DNA of 64,000 nucleotides from Caecitellus pseudoparvulus (GCA_965644315.1 CBFFRQ010000048.1:1-64000); one strand, 5' to 3'. Numbered from the stretch's first letter, positions 43,478-54,743 are shown. Made by a program: numbers and translations. Notes: generated from the sequence alone by a model not told the origin.

Positions 43478-44284
43478 TCACTGCCCTGCGCATGCCCGCA
43501 GCAGCACCATGCAGCGTCGTCCACACCGTGTGCTGGTGCCGGCCCACACCGCATCCTTGGCTGGCTGCATAGCGACTTGTCCAGCGGCAAGTCGGGTCCG
43601 AAGTGGGATGGCTCGGTGTCCGGTGAGGCCCAGCAGCTCGCGCAGAACTTCCACGTGCCCATTTGTGCAGGCAAGATGGAATCCCGAGCCAGGTCGCCCC
43701 TTACGCCCAGCATGCACATCCACCTCTCGATCCCCGCTCAAAGACAGCAGCTCGCGAACCACCTCGACGTGTCCATTTTGACAGGCGAACATGAAGCCAG
43801 CCTCAGGCTCGCCCAGGAACGCTACATGCACATCCACTGCGCGCTCACCCGTCAGCGCCAACAATTCACGCACCACAGCCACATGACCATTCTCACATGC
43901 AAGAGTAAAGCCACCTTCACGACCGCCCCCGGCGCCAGCATGTACATCCACCGCAGCAACACCACGCAAAGCCAACAGCCCACGCACCATGCCCACATGC
44001 CCACCCCCACATGCTGCTCGGAACGCCTTGTCGAATATGCCCTGCTGGGCACACACTCCTCCCTTCTCGACTAAGCCGACCAACTGCCTCAACACTACAG
44101 CATCACCCACCTCGCAAGCCACTCTCGCTGCCTCAACGACATCACCCTGCGTGAGGGTCCCCATGCTCGCCTCCCCCGACGCACGGTCTTCCTCCAGTAG
44201 TGCCAACAGGCACTTCATGTCTTTGGAGAAGCAACCGATCCGCCAACGATGCAGCCAGCTCTCTCCGCTGCCGTCATCTGACAT
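43478..44284 (-). CDS. Ankyrin-repeat protein, tandem copy 1 (4 repeats)
   Basis: GFxLACxNGHVxVVRELL..VDVHA units; ATG of MSDDGSGESW at 44284; no introns. Confidence 0.85.
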   Translation of the reverse strand: MSDDGSGESWLHRWRIGCFSKDMKCLLALLEEDRASGEASMGTLTQGDVVEAARVACEVGDAVVLRQLVGLVEKGGVCAQQGIFDKAFRAACGGGHVGMVRGLLALRGVAAVDVHAGAGGGREGGFTLACENGHVAVVRELLALTGERAVDVHVAFLGEPEAGFMFACQNGHVEVVRELLSLSGDREVDVHAGRKGRPGSGFHLACTNGHVEVLRELLGLTGHRAIPLRTRLAAGQVAMQPAKDAVWAGTSTRCGRRCMVLLRACAGQ

Positions 44285-44536
44285 GGCGAGGTGGATCCAG
44301 TTTCCGCACACACTTCCCAACACCCCTCTCCGCACGGGGCGCCCTCACACCAGCCTTGCGTGCATTTGAACGCACAAGTTTTATAACGCATGGTGCTCCG
44401 CAGACGTTCACAGTTTGGCCTGCTCCGCTTATTGTGCTGCATTGCCATGCAAACTGCATCCCACCCACTTGCCCCACATCCACCCAAAACTGCATCCATC
44501 ACCACCACACACCGCACCGCGCCAAGCACGCCAGCA

Positions 44537-45568
44537 TCACCGCCTTCCACCTGCCCGCAGCAGCACCACGGCACACCGCCCACGCCGTGAGCTGGTACCG
44601 CCCCACACAGCATCCTTGCCTGGCTGCACCGCCACCTGGCCAGCGGCAAGTCGAGTCTGAAGAGGAATGGCTCGGTGTCCGGTGAGGCCCAGCAGCTCAC
44701 GCAGAACATCAGCGCGCTCCTCCTGATAGGCAAGACGAAAGCCCAACTCTGGCTGCTCTCCATACCCTGCATGCACGTCCACCTCACGATGTCCGCTCAG
44801 CGCCAGCAGCTCGCACACCACATCAACATGACCGTTCTGACACGCATGCAGGAAGCCAGCCTCAGGCTCACCCTCAGCCCCAGCGTGGACGTCAACCTCT
44901 CGATCCCCCGTCAGCGCCAGCAGCTCGCGCACAACAGCAACATGCCCATACCGACAAGCAGTAATGAAACCAAGCTCATGCTGAACCCTTCGACCCGCAT
45001 GCACATCCACTTCACGATCCCCGGCCAAAGACAGCAGCTCGCGAACCACCTCAACGTGTCCGTTGCAACAGGCGAGCCGGAAGCCAAGCTCAGGTCCAAG
45101 CCGATCTCCAACATGCACATCCACTTCACGATGACCACTCAAAGCCAGCAACTCTCGCACCACAGCCACATGACCATTCTCACACGCAAAAGTAAAGCCA
45201 CCCTCACGCCCATATCCACCTTCGGCATGCACATTCACTGCAGCAATGCCGCTCAAAGCCAACAGTTCCCGCACCATGCCCACATGCCCACCTCCACATG
45301 CTTTCACAAATACCCTATCGAATACGCCGCGCCTGCCACACACGCCCTTCTCGACCAAGCCGGCCAACTGCCTCAACAAGTCAGCATCACCTGCCTTGCA
45401 AGCCACTTTCGCCGCCTCCATAACATGAGCTGGCATCAAGTCCCCCACCTTCGCCTCCCCCGACTCACGGTCCTCCACTAGCAGTGCCAACAGACATGCT
45501 GCATCCTTCGCCTTGTATCCTGCCCGCCAACGATGCAGCCAGCTCTCTCCACTGCCGTCATCTGACAT
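44537..45568 (-). CDS. Ankyrin-repeat protein, tandem copy 2 (6 repeats)
   Basis: Same N- and C-terminal caps as copy 1, with 38-aa repeats. Confidence 0.85.
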   Translation of the reverse strand: MSDDGSGESWLHRWRAGYKAKDAACLLALLVEDRESGEAKVGDLMPAHVMEAAKVACKAGDADLLRQLAGLVEKGVCGRRGVFDRVFVKACGGGHVGMVRELLALSGIAAVNVHAEGGYGREGGFTFACENGHVAVVRELLALSGHREVDVHVGDRLGPELGFRLACCNGHVEVVRELLSLAGDREVDVHAGRRVQHELGFITACRYGHVAVVRELLALTGDREVDVHAGAEGEPEAGFLHACQNGHVDVVCELLALSGHREVDVHAGYGEQPELGFRLAYQEERADVLRELLGLTGHRAIPLQTRLAAGQVAVQPGKDAVWGGTSSRRGRCAVVLLRAGGRR

Positions 45569-45835
45569 GGCGTGGTGGATCCAGTTTCCGCAGCCACTCC
45601 CCAACACTCCTCTCCACACGGGGCGCTCTCACACCAAGCACACAAGCATGCCAGCGTGCACCAAAACAAAGCATGCTATTGCTGAGGCTGGAGCTTTTTG
45701 GCGGTCAACAATTTGACCTGCCCCACCCACTGTGCTGCATGGCCTCACAAGCGGCATCCCACCCACTTGCCCCACATCCAGCCCACACTGCATCCATCAC
45801 CACCACAGCCACAGACCGCGCCAGACACGCCATCA

Positions 45836-47212
45836 TCACCGCCTTGCACCTGCCCGCAGCAGCACCATGCAGCGTCGTCCACACCGGGTGCTGGTGCCGC
45901 CCCACACGGCATCCTTGCCCGGCTGCACTGCCACCTCGCCAGCGGCAAGCCGTGCCTGGAGGGGAATGGCCCGTTGTCCGGTGAGGCCCAGCAGCTCACG
46001 AAGCACATCCATATGTTCTTCCTCACAGGCTTGACAAAAGCCTGCCTCAGGCTTGCCCTTGAACTGAGCATGAACGTCCACCTCTCGGTGTCCGGTCAAG
46101 GCTAGCAGCTCCCGCAAAACATGCAAATGCCCGTTCTCGCAGGCGAACACAAAACCGTACTCACTCTCGCCCCAGAGCCCTGCATGCACGTCAACTTCGC
46201 GATCCCCCGTCAAAGCCAACAGTACACGCACGACATCAACATGACCCCTTGCACAGGCAAGCCGGAAGCCAGCCTCAGGCTTTCCGCGTGGCCCTGCATG
46301 CACGTCCACTTTGCGATGGCCAGTCAACGTCAAGAGCTCACGCACCACAGCCAGGCGACCATTCCGACAAGCAAGTCGAAATCCAGCTTCCGGAGTACCC
46401 CGGTATGCAGCATGAACATCCACCTCACGTTCCCCCGTCAGACTCAACAACTCTCGAACCACATCCAAATGCCCATTCTCACAGGCAAGCCGGAAGCCAG
46501 CCTCTGGTTCTTTGTGACATCCAGCGTGTACATCAACTTCGCGATGCCCTGCCAGCGCCAGCAGCTCGCGCACGACGTCAATGTGCCCTCTCGAACAGGC
46601 TGCCCGAAAAGCCCGCTCAGGCTCGCCTGCAGGCCCAGCATGGACGTCTACCTCGCGATGCCCGGTCAGCGCCAGCAGCTCTCGCACCACACCAATGTGC
46701 CCGTTCCGACAAGCAAGCCAGAAGCCAGACTCAGGCCTGCCCTCAGGCCCAGCATGGACGTCTACCTCACGGTGCCCCGTCAGCGCTAGCAGCTCGCGCA
46801 CGACGCCTACATGCCCATGTTGACACGCGAGAATGAAGCCACCTTCACGAGCGCCCCCGGCGCCAGCATGTACATCCACCTCAGCAACACCACTCACACC
46901 CAACAGCCCACGCACCATGCCAACATGCCCCGCCCCACAAGCTGCACGGAATGCCTTGTTGAACATACCCTGCTCACCACACACTCCCCCATCCTGGACC
47001 AAGCCGACCAACTGCCTCAACAAGTCACCCTCACCAGCCTCGCAAGCCACCCTCGCTGCACCTGCGACATTTACTGGCTTCAAGTCCCCCATGCTGGCCC
47101 ATCCCGCCTCACGGTCCTCCGCCAGCAGTGCCAATAGACACGTCGCATCCTTCGACCTGCAGCCTGCCAGCCAACGGCGCAGCCAGGTGCCCCTACTGCC
47201 ACCGTCTGCCAT
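45836..47212 (-). CDS. Ankyrin-repeat protein, tandem copy 3 (9 repeats)
   Basis: Same caps; 114-nt periodicity (CATGGACGTCTACCTC at about 46639 and 46753). Confidence 0.85.
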   Translation of the reverse strand: MADGGSRGTWLRRWLAGCRSKDATCLLALLAEDREAGWASMGDLKPVNVAGAARVACEAGEGDLLRQLVGLVQDGGVCGEQGMFNKAFRAACGAGHVGMVRGLLGVSGVAEVDVHAGAGGAREGGFILACQHGHVGVVRELLALTGHREVDVHAGPEGRPESGFWLACRNGHIGVVRELLALTGHREVDVHAGPAGEPERAFRAACSRGHIDVVRELLALAGHREVDVHAGCHKEPEAGFRLACENGHLDVVRELLSLTGEREVDVHAAYRGTPEAGFRLACRNGRLAVVRELLTLTGHRKVDVHAGPRGKPEAGFRLACARGHVDVVRVLLALTGDREVDVHAGLWGESEYGFVFACENGHLHVLRELLALTGHREVDVHAQFKGKPEAGFCQACEEEHMDVLRELLGLTGQRAIPLQARLAAGEVAVQPGKDAVWGGTSTRCGRRCMVLLRAGARR

Positions 47213-47476
47213 GGCGTGGTGGACCCAGATTCCGCACTCTTCACAGCAAGACTGAGTTCCCCAGGAAGCAGTTTGCACAGATGGTGACGCTGAAAGCGCC
47301 CATCTTCTCCAGATGAATATTATTTCTTGTTTGATTTGTCATTCGTTCCAAGCTGACGAGCTGGAGTGCCGCTGCATGGCTGGCAGTGGAAAGTGACTCG
47401 TCACAACACGGGTGCATTCAGGGGAGCGTGGCTGCTGTATGCAGCAGGCGCACGCTTGAAGGTTCCCAAACCCACC

Positions 47477-48717
47477 TCATCCGAAGCGGACTGGCCCTCC
47501 AGTGCCGCCTGTCAGCTTCTCCAAGCCGTCCACAGTGTCCACTGGCAGCAACGTGACTGTGGTGTTGCCGCCGTCCCGTGCACTGCCCAGCTGCGCCAGG
47601 GTGCGCAGGTACTCCACCGCCGTGGCATAGTCCACGCCACGCATGTTGAAGGGGGCCACTGCCTCCCGCATGAGCGCCAGGGCCTGCGCTTCCGCCTGTG
47701 CGATGACTTTCTTGGCCTCAGCGTGGCCCTTGGCCACAAGGACGGCGGAGGACTTCTCACCCTCTGCCTGCAGCACCAGCTTCGCAGCATAGCCCCGCGA
47801 TTCGATGGCTTTGCTCTCGCGCTGCCCGTCTGCGCGCAGGACGGCAGAGCGGCGCTCCCTTTCTGCGCGGATCTGCTGTTGCATGGCTTCGCCGATGTCG
47901 GCGGGGGGCAGGATGTTGAAGATCTCCACACGAGTGATGGTGACTCCCCATCGCTCGGCGTCGCGCTGCACCTTGCTCAGGAGCACTGCGTTGATCTGTT
48001 CGCGGGAGGAGAAGGTGTCATCCAGCGTCATCTGGGCGACGATGTCACGCAGAGTGGCCTGGGTCAGCAGCTCGATTGCATCCGGCAGGTTCTGCACTCG
48101 GTACACCGCGGCACGCGCATCAGTGATGCGGAAGTACACCAATGCATCAATCTTAATCAGCACTGTGTCCTTCGTGATGACGTCTTGCTTGCCAAAGTCA
48201 ATGACCTGTGCCGAGGGTGCTGCCGCAGTTGTGCACCTGAGCCAGTGCAAAAGGTGCAGTGCCAGCGAAGGCGCCTCACGCACGTGTTCGCGCATGTCGA
48301 TGCGGTCAGTCTCATACGTCTTGATGCGGGTGCTGGAGTTGTTGTAGTTGGCCTCCAGGACTCGCCAGCTCACTCTGCAGGGGCGGGCAGGAGCAACGTG
48401 CGTCGCGGAAGTGTCCAGGAAAGTCTGTTGCACGTGGCGCCGCTGCTCACTTGCGGGGGCTCTCGATGATGGGCCAAACCCAGTGGAAGCCTGGCGTGAG
48501 AGTTGCCTTGTACTTGCCCAGGCGCTCCACAATCATGATCTCGGCTGACCTGCACACAGGGCGCGGCAGCGTGGCAGGGTGAAGTCTGCGCTGCCGCGGC
48601 AGTCGGACACCGTGCCACGCACTGGACACGGTTCAAGCCGGTGTACAGAAACCACACAATGAGTGCAGTGAGCACAGTCACGGCGATGATGATGGCAACC
48701 TGCACGCCGGTGTCCAT
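47477..48717 (-). CDS. SPFH/band-7 (stomatin-like) membrane protein, three introns
   Basis: N-terminal TM, then IVERLGKY..LTPGFHWVWP, IDMRE/VIDFGKQDVITKD, ATLRDIV and ERWGVTITRVEI. Confidence 0.9.
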
Positions 48718-49116
48718 GGCGCCCAGGTGGTGTGCGGAAGCAAGTGGGACGGTAGGTGGCGCAGTGCAGTGCCTCGCCTCGCAAGCTCAAGAGCAGGAGG
48801 GCGCTGCAAAGGATGAGGGCATCCCAGACTGAGTGCGATCCAGCGGCCTGCCGGAGGTGGTTTTATTTTGCCACTCTGCGATGCTTTGCCGCAAGGGGGA
48901 CACGCTGGCTGTGTGAAACGCCAGCAGCATACTTCAGTCCAACTTTCGCAGTGTGGCAAGGGGGGGCAAGTGCAGCAAGGGCAGAAGTCAAACGAACCCA
49001 AACCCAACGTGCTCCGGACAGCCCCTGCCCCATCATTTTCGCACGCCAGCTTGATCTTCCTGCCGCCAGGCGTCGCATTCGGAGCGTGTGAGCGAGGGAG
49101 CCAGACAGCTGCAGCA

Positions 49117-49557
49117 ATGGGGACTCGGGCAGTCACTGTCTTCGGCACTCTGGGAGTGTTGCTGGCAGCGTGGGCATATCTGAGCTTCTACGACGTGGAT
49201 AATGTCCTTGGCTTGAGCCCTGAAGTGCGCAGTGTCGTGGAAGCCGTGAGTGAAGGGGCAGGGCTGTAATTCCGCAGGCGGGCCACGGTCAGCTGCCTCA
49301 CCGCCCCTTCCTGCTGCGTACACAGCTCCCATCCTACAGTTTGATTGTATTTGGCTGCTATGCTTTGGTAACCATCGGCAGCGAGCTTTTTAGCTACAGG
49401 GACTGCGACGATGCAGCTGCGGAGCTGCGAGAGGTGCGCTTGGCCACGTGACGAGCGCTGGCGCTGGTGACCGCCCGGCAGCGTCGCCCCCTTCCCCGCC
49501 GCGCAGGAGATCAAGGAGATCAAGGCTGATCTGAAGAGCAAGAACTTCAAGTTTTAA
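49117..49557 (+). CDS. DPM3: Dolichol-phosphate mannosyltransferase subunit 3, two introns
   Basis: Spliced MGTRAVTVFGTLGVLLAAWAYL.../LPSYSLIVFGCYALVTIGSELFSYRDCDDAAAELRE/EIKEIKADLKSKNFKF. Confidence 0.85.
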
Positions 49558-49596
49558 ATGCACTGCGAACACCTGCACGCGCCCTGCCGCACGCGC

Positions 49597-52500
49597 TCAA
49601 TCCTCGGCGAGGTTCGAGTGCTCCCGCATCATGGCTCGGCGGAGGTCAGCCATGTCAGAGCCAGCCTCCTCGCGCAAGGCTTCCAGGTGGGAGTCTGTGT
49701 CCCCCACCATGCCCGCCGCGATGCGCATGGGCAGGACGCTGGGTGTCGTCACGGATCGCCGGATGTGGCTGACACTACCAGCCCCGTCCTCCGTGAGCAG
49801 GCCAGTGTCCCCCGTGCCGCTGCGAGCACGGACGACGAGGTCGCCCAGGGCTGTGCCGCCACTCTGCGGCTGGACCCATGGCGACGCCGGCACGCCTTCT
49901 TTGTCCTCCCCTGGCCCGCCCTTTCCCGAGTGCAGGGAGCTGTGGCGGACAATCTCGTCCAGCATTGCTGCGTCCGCCAAGTCACGCGTCTCGGTGTGCT
50001 CCACGTACGCCCGTACCTCCTCCTCGAACATGCGCTCGTAGACGTGGATGGGGTGCGTCTTGCGTGTCACGCGCCAGCCAGTGGGGAAGTCAGGCAGGTG
50101 CTCCCGGGCAGTGCGGAAGACGACCACCTCCCACGCGTGCTGCGTGCCCTCCTCCTCCTCCCGCGTCAGCGTCTGCTGCATGACCGTGAAGTCGTCCAGC
50201 AAGAACGCCGTGACGATGTTCAGGACGACAATGACCATGCAGAAGAACCAGGAGTAGAAGTACGCCATGGCCCACAGGGACGTCGCATAGGCATACCCCA
50301 TCATGATGATGGCCCAGTTGTTCACCACCATCAACTCGAACAGCGTGACCATGGACCGCCCGAGGGTGTTGAAGTTGTTGTGCCAGTAGCTTGACTCGTA
50401 GTACGCCGTGTGCTCCAGGCGCTCGTCGAGGTCGTAGAAGAAGCCCTCGTGAGGATCGGGGCTGGCACGGCGGTTGTACGTGATGGTGCCCGCGAACAGC
50501 TCCATGCCTGCCATGGCCCACACGTAGTACACCAGCAGCATGCTGACGACGTACCGCAAGAACATGGGCACGATGGTCCAGAATGTCCTCACAATGACGC
50601 CGAAGCCCCGAAGGGCTCGCAGTGCCCGCAGCACTCGAATGATGCGCAGGAATGCCAGCTTCTCCAACACGACGATGCGAGCGCCGCTGTGGCGAGAGTA
50701 ATTCAACGCAACCTGCGCGCCCGCCGCCAGGGGAATGACGAACGAATCCAAGATGTTAAAGCCATCTCGAAAGAAGTCATACACGCCGAGGGCCAGCAAC
50801 TTCAGCACCATCTCCGCCACGAAAATCCACAGCAGCGCCCGCAGGGAGTACTGCAGCGGTGGGATGGCGGAGGGAGCGATGCCGTCCGCATACCGCGCCA
50901 CGATCAGCAAGGCGTTCAAGTACACCAGCAAGTCGGCAGTTAGGACAAAGAAGCGGTGGGTGACGACGAAACGCAGGGCTGCCTGCGCCCGCAGCAGCCA
51001 GTGCGCGCCGGGTGGCACGTGTCCAGGCTCCCGCACCCGTTTGAACTTCACCTCCACGTACGCGGGCAAGTGCCGGAACTGGGCCTGGGACACGGTGCTC
51101 CCGCCACCGTTCAAACTCTCAAACAACACCCGCCGCTGCAGGTGGTCTAAATCTGGCCGCAGCGCCTCCAGCAGCGTGCTGAACAAGCCAAAGTGCATCT
51201 CCGGCCGCGGCGACTGCAGGGGCGGCGCTTGGTACCCAAGGTCCACGCCAGTGCCCGCCTTCCCACCCAACGAGCCTGCCTCACTGCCCCCCTCTGCGTC
51301 CTCTGGGTGCACCTTGTCAGGCGAGTTGATGGAGCCGGTAGCGGGCTGGGACAGACCCTGCCGCTCAGCACTGTCCGCCGAGCTGCCCATTTCCACCGCT
51401 ACGCCATCAGCGCCCAAGCTACCCGGCATGCCTGGCCCAGCAATGTCCCTTGTAATGGGTGCCTGAGCTGACAAGCCTTGGCCCATGGGCGCACTGCGGG
51501 AGCGCTGCAGGGACACGGGGCGGGGTGCGGACGTGTGCACCGGGCTGGCAGTGCGGGGCGGAGGGGCAGGGGGGGCCGCCCCCATGCGTTCCACCAGCAG
51601 GGTGTAGGCAAGGTCCAAGGCTTCGATGCGGTGGGTGACGGTGGTGAGGACCTTGGACTTGGTCTTCTCCTGGAAGGTCGCGTAGGACACGGCGAGGATG
51701 AGGTTGAAGATGAAGTAGAGGCCCACCATGAGGAAGGCGACGAAGAACAGCGCCGCGTACGGCGTGCAGTCGTACGCGGGCATCATGATGTCCGGGTAAT
51801 TGGCCGTTGTGAGCAGGACGAAGAGCTGGTTCATGCTGCCGCCCAGCGTACCAAAATAGTCCGTGCAGAACTTGTCAAAGGGCGAGCACAGCATGTTCAC
51901 CTTGCCGTTGCTGGCCCAGCCTGAGCCGCCGTCGGTGTTCACCTTGCAGGACGTCGCGGACTGCCCCGCGAACATGATATGCCCGAACACGCCGAAGAAC
52001 ACGATGAAGAACGCCAGCAGCACCGTGACGTACGCGACGCGAGGCACAGTGGCCACCATGTTGGTCAGGATCTTGCTGACATTGCGCAGGTGCGTGCCCA
52101 GCATGACTGGTCTGAAGAGGCGGTGCATGCGGGGGATGCTGGGCACGAGGGCGTGCAGCAGCACGTTGAGCGCCGCAAAAACGACGAAGGTGCAGCGCAG
52201 CGCCGTCGGCCGGTGTGACCAGAAGAACTTGTGGCCCCGGTACCGGTACCGCAGCGCCAGGTCGATGGCAAAGAGCAGGAGCAGCACGCCCTCCATGCTC
52301 TGTGTCAGCTGCTCTGGCAGCTGGGCCTCGTTCAGGGCGGGCTTGGCTGGCCGGAGGGTGGAGGGGATTTCCACGAAGCCGAGGCACAGCAAGGCCAGCG
52401 CCAGGACGGAGAAAATGAAGCTGTACACTCGCTGCCTCAATAGCCGACCGATGAAGAGCGCGGTGCGATCCCATCTGTGGTGTGAGTTGCGCCCATGCAG

Positions 52501-52662
52501 CGCATCTGTGGAGGTGGGCAGCGAGGCAGGCGTTCAGGAGCGGCACCTTCGTGCTCCTGCACTGCACTTCGCACCGTCAATCAAAGAGGCTGCTTTGCGC
52601 AGCAGCCTGGCATTGCTGGAGCTCAAGCTCGCATGAGTGTGCAGCAGTGGGCGTGAAGACAT
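49597..52662 (-). CDS. TPC: Two-pore channel (TPC), one 5' intron
   Basis: Two 6-TM units. Filter I is LFVLLTTANYPDIMMPAY and filter II is NFNTLGRSMVTLFELMVVNNW; S4 is LRIIRVLRALRALR; the N-terminus reads MSSRPLL..KAASLID. Confidence 0.92.
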
Positions 52663-53221
52663 GACTGAGGACGGGCTTGGGGGCACGCGGCCGCGGACGA
52701 GCCCAGGGCAGGGAATCTCAGCCCTGCCACTCAACAGCTGAGCTCTGGTTCGCTGGCCGATTTAGCGATGTCGGGACCGCTGCACTGGCCGCGGTGCTGG
52801 CCACCACAGACTACGGGCTGGCCCGCCGAACCCCGTTGAATTGATAGTGGCGTAGGCGGGCTGTTGTGCTCCGCCTGTGTGGTCGTGTGGAGGGATGTGG
52901 TCGGTGCTCGTGCATTGGGGTGCGAGAGCGGCAAATGCCGCAGACCACCCACTATCCACTCTCCGACCCACTACAGCCGCCTCAGCCTCGTGCCTCTCGC
53001 CGGGTAAGTTGCCACGATCCTCACGCTGGGTAGGAAGCACACATGCACCTTCCCCACCGCCCCCGCGCAGGCACTCATGTAAAGACACCCCTTCACGGCT
53101 GTCGTAGGTGCGTGGAGCGCGTGCCCTGAACAGGGCTCGGGGCGGCGTTTTGGGCCGGCGCGCCACCTCCCTTGCACCTTTCCGCACCACCACAGTCCCA
53201 GCCTCAACAAAACACTTCATC

Positions 53222-54685
53222 ATGACTTCCACTGGCGATGTTGCCGTGGAGATGCCTTCAGCAGGCGCGGAAGACAGCCTGGTCGGTCGGGGTGGCTCGA
53301 ATTCCGCACCTGCCAAGAAGCAGTCTTTCTGCGGAGGGGCCCCTGTGTGGGCTGTCGTGACCACAGGCGTGCTGACTGTGATCACTGGGATCATGGTGGT
53401 TCTGTTCCTGGTTGAACTGAGCATGCGGGACCGCCTGATCCACGATGGTGCGTGTATGCGCCGACTTCACACAGCGACGGTTGCGCCTGGCACGCCGCTT
53501 CGTGCCCTCCCGCCACCCACAGACGTCATCCTCACCACCTCCCCTGACTCTCCCCGCGGGTACACGAATGCGGGGTTCCTCGCAGCCGGTTCTGGTGAGT
53601 GGGTGGCCAAGGCCCACCTGCCCTACGCCGTCTCTGATCTCGCTGTCGTGGAGTACAACGGTGTGGGCCTGCTCCTGGGCGGCCTCTCTGACAACGGCAC
53701 TGTCCTGGACACGGTGGCCCTGTACGATCCCACCTTCGAGACCATCAACACCACCTTCACCACCTTGCCCACGCCACGCTACCGCTTCGGCGCCGCCATC
53801 GCTGGCGACAAGCTCTTCGTGGTCGGTGGCTACGCGATGCCGGACGGCGACCCCCTTGCCACATGTGACGAGTTCACCTTCGCCACGCACTCCTGGGCGC
53901 CCTGCCCCAATATGAGCCTACCCCGTGGCGACATCGCCGCGGCAGCCGGCGTGGCGCCCTCAGGGGACCCCGCCGTGTACGTCTTCGGCGGGTACTCCAC
54001 CGGCTATGATGCCTCTGTGTCTGGCACCCTGGTGGAGGCCCTGCTGGTGGGCGGCAGCTCCTGGCGCACGCATGCAGCCATGCCCACTGCCCGTGGCGAC
54101 CTGGGCGCCATCACCCTTGTCTCTCACAACGAGATCTTCGTCGTGGGCGGGTGGTCCCCAGTGACAGAAAAGTTCACGGCAGCGGTGGAGGTGTACCTGC
54201 CTGCGGCAGACCGGTGGGTGGCGCTGCCCCCCATGCCCACCGCCCGAGGCGACAAGGCCCTGGCCATCCTGGGCCACCACTTGCTGGTGATCGGCGGCGA
54301 GGTGTGGTCTGGGAAGACGGGGCCCTGCCCGTGGGACCCCAGCCTCACCTGCGACGTGAACGAAGTGCCGCTGCACGCAGTGCATTCCATCACCGTGGAA
54401 GGCCACGGCGTGCACGGCGTGGAGGACGTGAAGGAGTTCAGCACTGCTCACTGGACCACCCACGCGCCCGTGCCCGACGCACGCTTCCGCTTCGCAGCTG
54501 CCACCCTGGGGGAGGCTGTCTTTACCTTCGGCGGCCATGCCCAAAAGACCGTGTCTCTGCCCACTGTCGACGCTTTCTATGATGTGGAGCACCCCGAGGT
54601 GTGGGTGCACGTCAAGGGGCCTGGCCACGACCACCATGACGATGAGGATGAGGATGAGGAGCACGACCACGATCGTGCCCGGTGA
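53222..54685 (+). CDS. Type II membrane Kelch-repeat protein with His/Asp/Glu tail; intron 53448-53522
   Basis: TM VWAVVTTGVLTVITGIMVVLFLV, about 6 Kelch blades (LLGG, VVGG, VFGG, VVGG, VIGG, TFGG; MPTARG) and the tail GHDHHDDEDEDEEHDHD. Confidence 0.85.
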   Translation: MTSTGDVAVEMPSAGAEDSLVGRGGSNSAPAKKQSFCGGAPVWAVVTTGVLTVITGIMVVLFLVELSMRDRLIHDGACMRRLHTATVAPGTPLRALPPPTDVILTTSPDSPRGYTNAGFLAAGSGEWVAKAHLPYAVSDLAVVEYNGVGLLLGGLSDNGTVLDTVALYDPTFETINTTFTTLPTPRYRFGAAIAGDKLFVVGGYAMPDGDPLATCDEFTFATHSWAPCPNMSLPRGDIAAAAGVAPSGDPAVYVFGGYSTGYDASVSGTLVEALLVGGSSWRTHAAMPTARGDLGAITLVSHNEIFVVGGWSPVTEKFTAAVEVYLPAADRWVALPPMPTARGDKALAILGHHLLVIGGEVWSGKTGPCPWDPSLTCDVNEVPLHAVHSITVEGHGVHGVEDVKEFSTAHWTTHAPVPDARFRFAAATLGEAVFTFGGHAQKTVSLPTVDAFYDVEHPEVWVHVKGPGHDHHDDEDEDEEHDHDRAR

Positions 54686-54743
54686 GCCCGCCCACCAGGC
54701 GTAGCCGCCCCGTGACACAGCGCCAATGCATGATTGGCCCACC

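Larger units (their letters stand above)
43430..47240. repeat. Three-copy tandem segmental duplication including gene flanks
   Basis: The non-coding flank GCATCCATCACCACCACA..GCAGCAGCACC recurs at about 43433, 44492 and 45790. The upstream flank CCCAACAC..CTCTCC.CACGGGGCGC is shared by copies 1 and 2. Confidence 0.85.

Noticed and set aside
43430-47240. Diversity-generating retroelement or transposon
   Set aside because: No reverse transcriptase, transposase, template repeat or terminal inverted repeats visible.
43358-47255. His/Gln-rich + strand ORFs in the ankyrin array
   Set aside because: Antisense reading of GTG/CTG-rich ankyrin codons.
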